A stretch of 63,961 bases of DNA, counting the filler, from Octopus bimaculoides (Eukaryota), in the NCBI RefSeq assembly GCF_001194135.2. It is 3 parts of 3 records of this genome, joined end to end, with 100 filler letters (N's around TTAATTAATTAA, not from the genome) between each part and the next. Parts side by side here need not be neighbours in the genome. Positions count along the whole stretch, not along the records: positions 1 to 29,902 come from NC_068981.1; 2 more parts are not named here. One strand, 5' to 3'. Under the pieces are notes generated by a model, which saw nothing but the letters and a program-made list of their open reading frames with translations, made no database searches and was not told the DNA's origin. Made by a program: the position numbers and the translations under genes. Shown here one piece after another: positions 13,780 through 27,518 of the stretch. Position 1 is the stretch's first letter. The number at the start of each line of letters is the position of its first letter.

Positions 13780-14170
13780 CTCAAACACAGTATATCTCCA
13801 AAGGTCTCAGTCACTAGTCATTGCCTCAGTAAGGCCCAATGTCCGAAGGTCATGCTTCACTACCTCATCCCAGGTTTTCCTGGGTCTGCCTCTTCCACGG
13901 GTTCCCTCAACTGCTAGGGTGTGACACTTTTTCACACAGCTGTCCTCATTCATTTGCAATACATGACCATATCAGCGCAATCGTCTCTCTTGCACACCAC
14001 ATCTGATGCATCTTAAATCCAACTTTTCTCTCAGGGCGCTTACACTCTGTCATGTATGCACACTGACATTACCCATCCAGTGGAGCATACTGGCTTCATT
14101 CCTTGCAAGCTTACACATGTCCTCAGCAGTCACGGCCCATGTTTCACTATGCACACCATATATTGGGAAA
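13780..14170 (-). mobile_element. RTE LINE 3' end remnant
   Basis: Minus strand encodes YGHVLQMNEDSCVKKC...EGTRGRGRPRKTWDEVVKHDL, typical of the RTE C-terminus. Confidence 0.8.
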
Positions 14171-15396
14171 TATACACTGCATATATTTCACTGTATATTG
14201 GTTAAAAAAAAAACAAAAAAAGCAGTGCTCTTCAAGTTTCAGAAATTCACAGATTCCCCTATGTCAACCTCAATATCAGAAATTCAGTGAAATAGAAGCC
14301 TGTAACCAACAAAGCTATTGTCCTCATTTTATGATATGTCCTCGTCTGCTAATGAATTTAAACTTGAAAACTATTTTACTTTTATCTCTAAAACAATATT
14401 GTTTTTTAGAGCTAGGTCAACTTTGATGAAGCAGTTCCAGACATAACCATTCAGCCTTTAATATGCTGATATTGTTGCTGCAGGCTTTTAATGTAAAAAA
14501 CAAAAATTGTGTTGCGATTTTAGTGCGTTAAGAGTATGGTATGTTGACATGTTAAGATTATTTTTATGCTTACTCCTAACAATGTTTAAATGGCAATTGC
14601 AAACAGACATATGAAGGCTCCAACAGTAAAGTGAATGTGACATCTATCTTTCAACTGAGTAGACACAAGTAACATGTAGCTATATACTTGCCTAAGAGAA
14701 CTACACAAAGTTTGCAGCAAAGTTTTAAAATCACTTTAGGATAACAGCTGTAATGTCACATTTGAAACTAGTTACATACACACTTCCAACTAACTGCTTC
14801 GTTTTGACATGAAGGCATTCAAACAGACAGACAGCTGTCATGGTAATGATGACAACATTAACAGAACAGTTCCATGAAATATTATCAAATTCCAGTAAAC
14901 AGAATAGTAAAAAAAAATAATAAACATTATTTAAGCAAACAGTTGTAATGTATACATTCTTTCTTTCATCACACTATAACATTCAAGACAAAGAAATAAA
15001 AATACATTTATCAACTTTAATGTACCATGATTCCATTGGTAGAGTAATTTGGTCCAACAATGTATTTTATATCCTGTATCATCTGACAAGTGAAAGCTAA
15101 GCCTCTAGCCAGATCTAACATTTTTTTTTTTTTTGCTAACCTTTGCTCTGACTAACATTTTTTTTTTTAATTTTATCATTTGAAGTCATATCTATTTTCA
15201 CTAAACATTTTATTATAATATAGTTAATCAGAGATTTATGTTCTCACCCAGAATTCTTTAATTCCATTATATTTAGCATTTGAATTCACAAGGTTGTACT
15301 TTGTCACAGAAATTAGTTGTCTTAAATAAACTTACAAAATATTAGGTTCATTTTCCTTGCTTTGAAATCAAAGACAAAATGCCACAAAATGCCAGA

Positions 15397-15560
15397 CACA
15401 GGCATGATTGGTTAAGAAGCTTGCTTTGCAACCACAAGATTTTGGGTTCAGTTACACTGCACAGCACCTTGAGTAATTGTCTCCTACTATAGCCCCAGGC
15501 CAACAATGCCATGTGAGTGAATTTGGGAAAAAGAAAATTGTGTAAAAACCCATCATACAT
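15397..15560 (+). mobile_element. tRNA-head SINE (CORE-like family), CpG-decayed
   Basis: Contains gggttcagttacactgcacagcaccttgagtaattgtctcctactatagcc; shared with the other copies. Confidence 0.7.
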
Positions 15561-16327
15561 GTGTGTGTGTACATATTATAAGTACATGTGCGTATGTCCC
15601 TCACCCCACCACTTGACAACCAGTGTTGGTTTGTTTATATCCCTACAACTTAGCAGTTCAGTAAAAGGAACTGATAGAATAAGCATCAAGCTTTTTAAAA
15701 ATAGGTATTGGTGTCAATTTGTTCAACTAGGCACGACAAAGCAATGCCTTTGCATGGAGGGAGCCAAACGACTTAAGTAAAAAGTAATTTCATATTTCAG
15801 TTTTCTTTTGTTTTTTTTATTATTACATCATCAGGGTTTATGTTATTCTTGTAGCTGTTGGTACTCAAATTAGGTTTCCAATCCAAGGATAATTTTGTAT
15901 CTTAACATACTGCTTCTTCTTGCTACAATCCATGAATTGTTTCTTCTACTCTTATCTACCAGTCACATTGTACCCTGCAATGATTATAGCAATTGTTATT
16001 CCTCTTCTGATGAAGCCATACTTTTATTTCCCCTTTAAATTGGAATACTAATATTTGTTTTGCAATTTAAACCAATCTGGATCTTAGACCGACAAACAAA
16101 ATCTGATCAGGAAATGAAATAACAAAATGAAAAGTATCAAAATGAAGAGAGAGAAATACTTAAGATATTGGTCAAAGTCTGATGAAAATATAATTAAATT
16201 TCGAAAAGGTACCATAGTGATAATAAACAACTAACCAAATCTCATTTAAACTGACTCAACAAACTGAAAGAGTGATGTATATAAGCCAATGAAGAAGCCT
16301 CTAAGATGTCACATATTCTGGAAGAAA

Positions 16328-16925
16328 TCATCATCATCATCATCATCGTTTAACGTCTGCTTTCCATGCTAGCATGGGTTGGACGATTTGACTGAGGACT
16401 AGCAAGCCAGAAGGCTGCACCAGGCTCCAATCTGATCTGGCAGAGTTTCTACAGCTGGATGCCCCTCCTAATGCCAACCACTCCGAGAGTGTAGTAGGTG
16501 TGCTTTTACATGCCACCGGCACGAGGGCCAGTCACACGGCACTGGCAATGGCCACATTCAAAAAGGTGTTTTTTACGTGCCACCTGCACGGGAGCCAGTC
16601 CAGCAGCACTGGCAACGACATCGGTCAAATGATTTTCTAATGTGCCACCAGCACAAATGCTAGAAGGCAACGCTGGCAATGATTATGCTCAAGTGGTGCT
16701 ATTTACAGGTCACTAGTATGGAAGCCAGACAGCTGCTCTGGCAATGAACACTCTTGGACAGTGCTGTTAGTGCTCCACTGGCACAGGTGCCTGTCATCGA
16801 GTATGGTTCAATTACGATTTCGATTTCACAACAGGTCTTCGCAAGCAGTTTAGTGTCCAATGAAGGAGAGATTGGCATGGGTGCCAGTCGTCGGATTTAG
16901 TTCGATTTCGATTTCACGCCATAGT
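16328..16925 (-). mobile_element. RTE-tailed SINE with internal gtgccacc... subrepeats
   Basis: (CAT)n tail plus the family block seen at 1-174. Confidence 0.8.
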
Positions 16926-18166
16926 AGCCATATATACCTTCAATCGGTATGCCATCAAAAAGAGAGGAAGAACACACTGAATAATGTAGTTCTAATAAGA
17001 TTATACCTAAAGAAAGATGACAATGATCACAACTAGAATGTATTGATCACCAAAAAACAGGGTAGGCTGCTGATTAAAAATGTTAAGACTTTCCCTAGTG
17101 AAGAAAAGACCTAAATTCAGAGATTTTCCACCCGTCTTCTGTCATTAATCTACATAAGTTTAATGTATTTTACCATTTACACCATTGTTCCTGTGCAAAA
17201 AAAATACAGAAATAAAATTCACAGCCAACATAGAGGCAGTGAAAAACAACAGGACAACTTCATAACTGAAGTTTTGCACAAAAACTTTGATGAAGTAGGA
17301 GTGGGGAGATCACGGAACAAAAGTTAACTATCAAAATAAACATGAAAGTAAAACAATATAATGCTAAGTAATTTATTTATGCACAAGACCAAACAAAAAT
17401 GCTAGAAGCAGTATGAATGGAAACTCAGCTGATTCACTTAGCCAACTAGTTTATTTAGTTGAAAAGTTGTTCAAGACAACATGACATATCTATGTGGTCA
17501 CAAAGTGAACAAGGCTTGTTCAGTAAATAATGGGAATGAGTCTGTGAGATTCATTCAGAATTTATTAAAAACTCTATTGAATCCTTCCTTTCTTTGTGTA
17601 AGATATGTTTACCCCTGCCATTTAAATGTTACTGGACATTATGTTCTCAAGTCCTCACACTCATAGAGTGACTACTCACTTTCTATGGCATGTAAGTAAC
17701 TGAGATCACAACATTCTTCCATCAGCCCATCACAAGGTAACTCATTTACAGTTGACAAAACTGGAGTAATGTGAAATGAAGTGTTTTGCTCAAGAACACA
17801 ACATACCATCATCATCACCATCATCATTTAACATTCGTTTTCCATGCTGGTATGGGTTGGGCGGTTTGACTGAAAAATGGTAAGCTGGGGAGCTGCACCA
17901 GGTTTCAGTTTGATTTGGAATGGTTTCTACAGCTGGATGCCCTTCCTAATGCCAACCACTTCAAGAGTGCAGTGGGTGCTTTTTACGTGCCACCAGCACG
18001 AGTGCCAGTTATGTAACACCGGCATCAGCCACAACTACGATCTCACTTGGCTTGACAGATCTTCTCAAACACAGTATATAACCAAAGGTCTCAGTCATTT
18101 GTCAGCTAGTCCAATAATCAAAATCATGATCTTATGATTGTGAGTGCAACACCCTAACCACTTGAC

Positions 18167-18338
18167 CAGTGGTCTCCAAACTATTTAGACCATTGACCCC
18201 CTTCATGGAATCCTTGACCCCACATCGACCGCCAGGCATGTACAAGAGAAAAAATAATTAAGTAAATGTGCATTTATCAACCCCTTGAATAGTCCCATCG
18301 ACTTCCAGGGATTGATATTGACAACTCTGGAGACCCTG
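18167..18338. mobile_element. hAT-type MITE
   Basis: Termini cagtggtctccaaa / tctggagaccctg resemble Charlie-type TIRs. No clean TSD. Confidence 0.5.
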
Positions 18339-19300
18339 CATGGAATGTTTACTCCCAGGAGATAAATTTATCCCAAGTTGAGGATCATCACTGAACCAGA
18401 CAGTGTCAAAGACAAGAAGACAAACTGGAGAAAGAAGATATTGAAGCTAAAAAGCTCCTGCAACAGTATATAACATGCAAGAGTTCTATATGACAACACT
18501 AATAAGAAAAAGAAAGATGACAACTGAGAAGTTCCTACTAGACAAGATATTGTGAGCTACAAGCCAGATTAGTGGATGAAACAAGGTTCCAGTATTAGAT
18601 AGGTAGAGGGTGACATGGTGATGGAGTAGTGCATTAGACAGTGTCAGAAAAATTAAAAGACAAGTCTGTAAAAGGTAAAGAAGGAAGAAAAGTTAGACAT
18701 TAAGTATATCTAGCAGAGGAAGCCAAAAGTAAAACAAATGCCAGTGTTTTACGTGAGGACCAGAGATATGAGGTGTTCTACATTGCAAGACAATATCTAA
18801 GTCAGGACATCATGAGCAAAAAATTGGGTACAGAACAATAGCAGTACACTTGCCTTCACCAATACAGAGAAGAAACAAGGAAATGGTAATACAAGCAACT
18901 ACTAAATGAGGAAACTTAAGGGTAAATGTTAATGCAATAAAGGGAGTGACTATTGAGACCGACTGCTCTATGTTAGATTGGCTATTAAGGATATGAAGAT
19001 AGACAGCAAGCCTATCACATACAGACACAGTCATCATCATCATCATTTTTATGTTGACTTCCCAAGCTAACATGGACTGGACATGTTATCATAGTCCAAG
19101 TCAATTCCAATTCAGAGTTACTGCCCGTCTAAACAAATCAGGGAATCACATCTTGCTCATGTTTCATTCTGGAGTTGGTTTCTACTGTTGGATGCCCTTC
19201 CTATCATCAACTTTATACAGAGAACACACATACACACACATGTATCTGCCAACAAATCTAGCAAAGGCTGCTTAGTGGAAAGCATCCTGAATAAGTTTAC

Positions 19301-19328
19301 CTTGTTCGTCCAAAAACAGTAAAGGACA
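19301..19328 (-). other. Candidate 28-nt MARCH6 microexon (TGTCCTTTACTGTTTTTGGACGAACAAG)
   Basis: Strong acceptor cttatttgttttcttcag and donor AAG|gtaaac. In frame with exon 2 it reads CPLLFLDEQ(D). No transcript evidence. Confidence 0.35.
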
Positions 19329-20399
19329 CTGAAGAAAACAAATAAGTTTCCATAAGAATGTTATAAATATTCTCAGTTTGAAATTCAAGCAGAACCAGAT
19401 CTTCTAAATGCCTATGGTGACCTTAAATATGAGTAATTTCGATAAATATCTAGAAATACATGTCCATAAACCTGAGTCTAAATGTATACTATATTTTTTT
19501 AAAACAAATTTATTTTTATAGCACTATAAATCATCTTGCCATCATTTTACATTCACTTTCCATGGTGGTATGGGTGGGATAGGTTGTTACAGTTCTAGTC
19601 ATCTTTTATTAAAAGTTGCTCCTCTTATAGACATGTCATACAGCTTGGATGCCCTTCCTAGATACAAACCACTTTACAGAGTATATATTAGGTGTCATTT
19701 TCTCTAAGTTTTCCTATCTTATCATTCCACTTGCATTTGCAACTGCATTTCTATTTAACTCTTTAGCATTTGAGCCAGCCATATCCAGTCCAAATATTCT
19801 ACCCGTCTTATGTTCAAACTGACCTGATTCACACCTACACTACAAAATCATCATATAACACGAAATCTTAGAGACAAGCCATGATTAATTCAAAACAATG
19901 TGAACAAATAAAAAGGATTACAATGACATTTCTGCAATATCTCTCTTCTAATTCGCAATTCCATTATTAATTGTGAGTAGCAAATAATTCATTAAAAGGA
20001 AGATTACATTTGGTCTTGGCTGTACCACTTCAACCCTTTCATTACTGTATTTATTTTGAGATGCTCTGTGTTTCTTTCAATTACTTTAAATATAATAAAG
20101 AATTTAGTAAAATAACTTACTTATCATTCAGCCAGTGTTAGGAACATAAATTGTGACTAAGGTTTGGTGGAAGACTTTAATTCAAAACTTAGAATACAAG
20201 ACATTTGTACTTAGAGTCAGAGCTGGTTTCAGCCAGGTTGGTAACGAAAGGGTTAATTACCATTACCTGATACATTTTTCCCAGAAGCTGATGCATCACA
20301 GTTTAATCAGCAATGCAACAGAAACCGAATTTTATGGTGCAAGTTCAAATTACAGTCACAACTAAATGTAGTTCTTATAAACAATTCAATCCAAATGAT

Positions 20400-22900
20400 G
20401 TTTCTTTGAATGAAGTTACTGAATGAAGTTACTGAAAAGACTTCTCACATTTATGTCCTTTGCTGACAAATGCAAGCATGCACTGAGGACAGCAGAAACA
20501 AATGAGCAGAGGCAACAAATTCTCAATGCTACTAGAAATACAGAAGTGAACATGAGGCTCACTTTCAAAATGCTGTAAGAGAGGTTTCACATAGACACTA
20601 TGGAAACCCACTACTGCACAATGCCAGATAAAAAACTCAAAGTGGAAAGCAAAGAGAGACTAGATTTCAGCTAGACATACATGAACAGTAGAAGAGAGGT
20701 GTCTTCAGTTATGCTCCTGGACAAGAGCAGAGTTTCAATCGGCACTAATTACAGAATTTGTGGCACATACTTGGCCAAAAAATGGAAAGAGGAGACGGCT
20801 TCATTGTGCTAAAATGTTTATCTAACCAACCTCTGCTAATCTACCAAACCTCCTAAGACAGCTTGTTACTGCTACAAGTGAGGATTTTAGATATTTTTCT
20901 CAGAAAATACAATTCTGCTTTCCGAATGATTTCCTTTGGAGCCAATATCATAAGAGAGGAGAGACTCGTACCTACTTTGAAACTACAAGGACAATTCTAC
21001 CAAAACTGATTTAGTTCCATTCCAACAAAGAGCTCTGGTTTTTGTAACTGTAGTTTGTTGAAGACAAATCCAAAATAAAATCACCATCTCCCCAAGTACA
21101 GAGTCTGACTTGATCAGGAGATGATCCATGCATAAACAGCAATACCAGAAGTGTCAGAGCCCACCTTAGAATTTCAAATTGTCAATGATGATTACAAGAG
21201 GCATTCTGGACATCATGTGCTGTTCCAATATATCTAAGTGACATGTAGTGGCTGTCATCATGAGTGGAGATCCCCATAGTAAAAGATATCATTCTGGAGT
21301 GCACAGACTACTATCATAAAAGATGAGATACACAGGTCAATGGCAAAGATGGCAATCATTTTCGAATACCATAAACCTCATTGCATGATTCAAGACAATT
21401 CATTTAACTACCTGCATCAAAATGAAACTCTTCCAACAGTTTAAAATAAACATGTTGCTAAGACAGTCTGAGAGACTATATTACATTAAAACTCATCAAC
21501 AAGGGCTGAGAGAAGACTCTATATGTATTTACGAGACAACATCAATAATGGTGATGTTATTTTGAGGGCAGCTTAAAGGAAGATTACTGGTGGTCAACAT
21601 TCTTTCTTAAAGTTTTACTGTTAACCTTCAATACATTCACACAACTTTAAATAGAAAGAAATTCAAGAAGAGGCCCTTCCAGGGTAATCAGACCATCAGT
21701 AGCATGATGTCACAGACAGGGTTTTCCTCTTAAACCTGGGAAAGATGATGGGTTTGATTACTAAGTACCAAATATTTGAACTGCCATGTGTCACATGTAT
21801 GCCAGAGAATGGTGAATAGGAAGGAGTACTGTTGTATGCATACATCTTCAGCTGGCTAAAAAATATTATTCACTCCAATCAAATTGATTCCATTATATTA
21901 GCTGAGCTTTCAATATTGTTTAAACCCAAATAGTTCATGGTCCCTATGGTGTATCAAACAAGAATTTACCTTCTATGGAAAACAACAAATTCACCAAATT
22001 TCCAAGACTATTTAGCAAGGAAACCCAAACAGGTGTAAATATACATCCCACAGAAGAAGACCAGAGTATAGGAGCTTCCAAACTTTTGTTAGACAGCATG
22101 ATATTTAAGAGCTGGATAGTTCTCTACTGCTCACTTCTGACCAAGACATCTAATGCACACATTCAATTTGGCAATTCAATAAAACCAATTACATATGTCC
22201 GCAAATATGCCAACAGACATTCTGATGCTCAAATCTACTGCAACGACTTCACCTAATTGCAGCAGGGAAAATACATCTGCAGTAATGACACTTTCTGCTT
22301 TGCCCATTCATGGAAGATACATCAGCTTTCAACAATTTAGTCTCTACTTGGAAAACAGCCAGTTTATTTTACTTCAGTAACTTTCACACAACAAATACAA
22401 CATCCAAGAGAGACAACACTTAAAATATTTTTCAAGCTGTAGCAACATGATCCCTTCACATAAACATTGCTATGAAATGACAAGCAATAGTCAAAGAAAG
22501 CAAAATGTCTTTTTGAAGACAAAGCTAGCATAAGGTTTGGCACTAGCATTGGAAGAATGTATAATACACACCCCAGTCAACATGAATGCTTTCCACTATT
22601 TCTTTTTCTCCAGGAAAGGTGAGGTCGAAGTTCATTAAGATTTTCAAACAAATAGCAATATTTGCACTATCTACACAAAGGCATGCATTAAATTGGAATG
22701 CAAGAAAATGATGAACAGCAAAATACAACAGTGTCGGAAGTTACTGAATCTCAAACAGCCAAAAGTCATAAGGTTCTTTTCACACATGTGCAGCTTTTCG
22801 ACATTCCTCCTGATATTCCAGTTTCCTCACATTATAAGAATGGTTCAATTTCTATTTTCTATACATGGATTTCTCCCAACATTCTCGTAGCAAATCATTT
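20400..22900 (-). mobile_element. Old, heavily decayed LINE remnant (EN/RT)
   Basis: Scattered RT- and APE-like peptide fragments on the minus strand; many stops. Clade not resolved. Confidence 0.45.
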
Positions 22901-24229
22901 TTTCAAATCATTTTAAGAATTATCAGATTAAAAGAATATACGATAAAATATTATTTTCAATAATAGTTTGAAATGAAATACAAATGCTTTCACTTTCAAT
23001 GGATTCTGTATTCTTACTCAAATTACATAAGTTACATCATTTACACAAATTATGAAATATATTCTTCACACTTAGCATACATGTGAAGCACAGCACAATG
23101 TCAACTTGGATTGACAAACAATTTCTTTTCATATCAGAAGAATAACTTTACATGATAAACCCACTAGTATTTTTATTAAACCAAATATGCACCTTGCATT
23201 CTGTTAGTATAAACATATACAATATAAATATACTCAGGCAATGCCTGTGGAAGGGATGTGGGGGTTAAAAATTTATGGTAGAGAGAAGAGAAAATTATCA
23301 AAAAACAAAAACAAACATGGTGTAAAAGAATGAATAGAAATGTAATGTAAATAGGATGAAAGAGTTAAAGAGAGGTTGATAAGAGAAATAGCTATGGGCA
23401 GCTACATGCTGAGCACTTGTGAAGAGGCTGAATAGAAAAACAGCATTACTGACATGATGAGGAGGAAACAGATAGGAGGGAGAAAGGCTGATGAGAGACG
23501 ACTATGAAAGTCATGTCAACAATGGAATGGCAGAAGTGCATGTAATATGAGAGTGATGGTAGCAATGAAGATGGGTCAGGTAATGATGAAAGAGAGAGAG
23601 AAGGATTAACAGAAGAGAGAATGATGGCTAGCAATAAAGAAGGGAGATGGTGGGGAACTGATTATGGATAAATTTAATGGGTAACCCTCATTCCACAGAT
23701 AACAAGAAGAGAAAAGAGAAGGAATAGAGGTTCGTGGTAAAAGGGTGCTGGATACAGACAGATCCTATAACATCACCTTACAGAAGTGGCATGATACAAG
23801 GATAGTAGAAATGGAAAGAGAAATGGATGGAGTTTAAATAAGACAATCTTTTTGAGTGGTGGGCTTCAAGGAGGCAATGATCGAGACCTTTGGACATTAT
23901 GTCATGCTTGAGAATAAAACCCATCAAGCCAAGCAAAATCGCAGTCATGGCAGATACTGGTGTCATGCAAATTGACACTGGTGCCAGTGGCACATAAATG
24001 CACCCTGGTGTCATGCAAATGCCACCTGTGCCGGTGACATGTAAAAGCACCCATTACACACTTGGAGTGGGTAGGCATTAGGAAGGGCATTCAGCCATAG
24101 AAAACCATGCCAAATCAGACTGCAGCCTTCCAGCATGCCAGCCCAGTCAAACCATCCAACCCATGCCAGCATGGACAATGGACGTTAAATGATAATGATG
24201 TTGATTCAGAGCAAGAGACATAGATGTAT

Positions 24230-25420
24230 CAAAACCACCATTTTAAGGGAGGTTTGGCCATGCTTACTTGAGTGGATGAGTTTTCTCCAACACAACATAT
24301 CACCAGTCATCATCTCCCTCTTGATGTCAGTCTTAATCACTTCAGCCTATATTTAGCTAGGCCTCCAATTTCCTCAGGTCTCATCCACTTCAAATGCTCA
24401 GCACATCTTTATATAACTGACATCCCCTATACACATAACATGCCAACTTAAGAGTATTTTCTCCCTTGTACACTACATCTAATTCTTTTTTCTGGTTTTT
24501 CTTTCGGCTCATTTGTCCTCCATCTTTCATGCATAAAAACATTACATACTCAGCTGAGCAAACTTGCTTCACTTCTTTATAACCTTCACACATCTCAAAA
24601 ATTCAAGGCCCAGACTTCACTCCCATGCACCTTCACATTTTGTACACAAGCATCATCTAATCTACTCTTCACCCTGATAAATTCATTGTTGTTAGTTGAG
24701 ATAATAGCTCCCTGAACTGTTCCTATCTCATTCTTACACTGGCTACCATGCTTTCAGAAAACCCACATCTACTGCTAATTAAGTTACCTAGGTAGCATAA
24801 GCTATTAACTTCTATAGAAGTAGTTGATAGCTTCTCTTACAAGGAGCATCTCGTCTTCTTTCCTACACATCAAAACTTGAGTATTAAACAAGTTTATTTT
24901 ATGGTATCTCAATTCCAGGTTCTGTTTCTATACCTGAAATTTCTTCTTTAAATCTACTACAAATTCAACTTAAGAACTAGGTTATCGGCATACACAAGCT
25001 CCCACAAACAGCTAGTCTTAAAGCTACTCTGCATGGCCATGCAGATTATATTGAACGGAACGGGATTGAGAAATGAACCTATGCAAGTGAAATTCCTCAC
25101 AGATTGCATTAACTTTTACATTGATGACTTCATGCCTGTGCATGATCTGCACAGCTTTCACAGTTCACTCACTTACCCCGCTGAGGTTCCTTAGTAAGCA
25201 CCAGACTACAGAGCATGGTACTCTGTCAACAAACTTTTCTATTTCAAAAAAAAAAAGCTAGGTACTATGTCTTACTCATTGCTAAGCATTTCTATAGATG
25301 TCTCACTACGAAGAGACTATTGGTGATACTTCCATATGTCCATCACTTTGATAGCTCTATAGTTCTTTCCCTCTGTCCTACTTAAATGAGAATGCACATG
25401 ACTAAGCATTTCAGCAATTA
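24230..25420 (-). mobile_element. RTE-clade RT remnant
   Basis: Minus strand near 24980-25010 reads LWELVYADNLV, a decayed YADD motif in the typical RTE context LLYADDLVL. Confidence 0.75.
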
Positions 25421-26412
25421 TCTCCTGAGGTCCAGCTGTTTTCCCTGCTTTCATATTCCTTAGTCATAATATATAAAATAATGTGAAGAATATTCTAGTG
25501 TTTAGAAGTGTTCTTAGCTGGTATCCATTACAAATCCTCTCAGCTCTAGCTATCACTGCAGTTAAGAAGAACAACTGAGAATATAAAGCTGCTAAAAGGA
25601 GAGTTGAATACAACAGGACAACAGCAATTGGGATGAAAACATCAATCCTCAAGTCAGGTAACATAATACTAAACTTAAGGTAAAAAGTGGTGGGGAATAC
25701 ATTGAAAATCTACTGTACTGAAAGTCAATACATTGGCTAGAAAACCTTTATCTATATGTGTGATGTTAAGACATAACTATCCCCCATTTGTCACCTTTAC
25801 ATTAAGAACATAGTCAAATTTATTTATGTAGTTCATTATATTAGATTTGTAATCAAATTTTGTCCACCAAAATTTCAAAACCTTCCACGTCTTATCGCCT
25901 GAATGGAGCAACTGTAATAGAAATTGTTATTACTGCTATGTTTTTGATTTTTTTTTCCTTTCTTTAATGTAGTAAGCAAGAAAAAGAATGTTCATATATA
26001 TAGTTCTTATAAAGTATTCCAGGACTTCCTATTTTCTGATCATTGCCAATAGATTTCTATCATCATCATTTTATGTCCATTCTTCTAATGCAAGTACAGG
26101 TTGCATGAATCACAGAATGTTTTGTCACATGTTACTCTTGTCATCTGAGACACAACAACAGGGAAAAACTACCAACAGGTAATGTTATGTATGCCATGTT
26201 TTAGACATCAACTACTTAAAGCATAGAGAGAGTACATTTTATAGTGCCAATGATACTTTATAGCGGTTTAGGGTGCTATTCTTTTACCATGTCTTGTAGA
26301 AACTCCCAATTATCCATTAAGCTATAAATCTCTATTTCTTCTTCCTTTTAGTTACATGTGCCAGTTAGAATTTCTCTGAACCTACAACTGGTTGAGTGCT
26401 CTTTCAGCTCTT

Positions 26413-27518
26413 TCATGTGTAAGTGAACTTAGACACAATTGTTTAGTATTTTCATGACTTATTAAGATATGAACTAATGACCTAAAGGCCATTAATTTAG
26501 CATTCCATCATCACATTTTATTTTATTTATAGAGAAGACACTTTGTTCACTATGCATCACTAATCTTATGAAACAATATTCCATTCCTCGGTTTGATTAG
26601 TATTTAATGTATAAGAAATAGAACAATAAAAAGTACCTGTTCCAGCTTCTGTTTAAATACCCAGAGTAACTTCAGTCATGCTCATATAGAATAGTAGATT
26701 GTCTTTTGCTTCTGGATTCATCTAGTTCTTACTATGGTGAGTGGTGGTATGTTCTTCACCAGAAGAATTCATAACCAACTGACTACTCCATTTTCTGATG
26801 GGTATGGAGTCTTGCCTGTGAGTTCACCTGATTGGTATATAACCAAGTGGCTGGCTGGCTTTCTAATGTTCATCTTGCAAGTGGTTGGGTTGGGTCATTT
26901 GCATAACAGAATTTCAGAAGCCTTGATCCTTCTTTATTTCTTGTACCATATCTGTAGCCTCAAACATCAGAGCAGCCATCATATTGTTGCCCAAAATGTC
27001 CATTAAATCTGGTAACCATGATAACAAGATTGCCATCATATGTAATCAAGCCCTGATTATGGAGCATAAGCAGAGATATATGTCATGGTCATGTTGTCTA
27101 TGAATAGCCTAAACTTAATTATTCTATCACACACTCTGATATCCTCAATAACTTTATCTATCCATTTCTCTATTAACATGTCTTCTCCACATACCCCCAT
27201 TGCTGTTGCCAGCCAAAACCATGTTTTAATTATCTACTATTCTATATGAGCATGATTAAAGTTACTCTGGATATTTAAACAGAAGCTGGAGCAAGTACTT
27301 TTAATTGTTCTATTTCTTTTACATTAAATACTAATCAAACCGAGGAATGGAATATTGTTTCATAAGATTAGTGATGAATAGTGAACAAAGTGTCTTCTCT
27401 ATAAATAAAATAAAATGTGATGATGAAATGCTAAATTAATGGCCTTTAGGTCATTAGTTCATATCTTAATAAGTCATGAAAATACTAAACAATTGTGTCT
27501 AAGTTCACTTATGCATGA
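26413..27518. repeat. Long inverted repeat: ~287-bp arms (26413-26699 / 27232-27518) around ~530 bp containing a LINE endonuclease fragment
   Basis: The arms are reverse complements with few mismatches. The spacer encodes NGHFGQQY...YGTRNKEGSRLLKFC on the minus strand (RTE APE-like). Confidence 0.9.
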
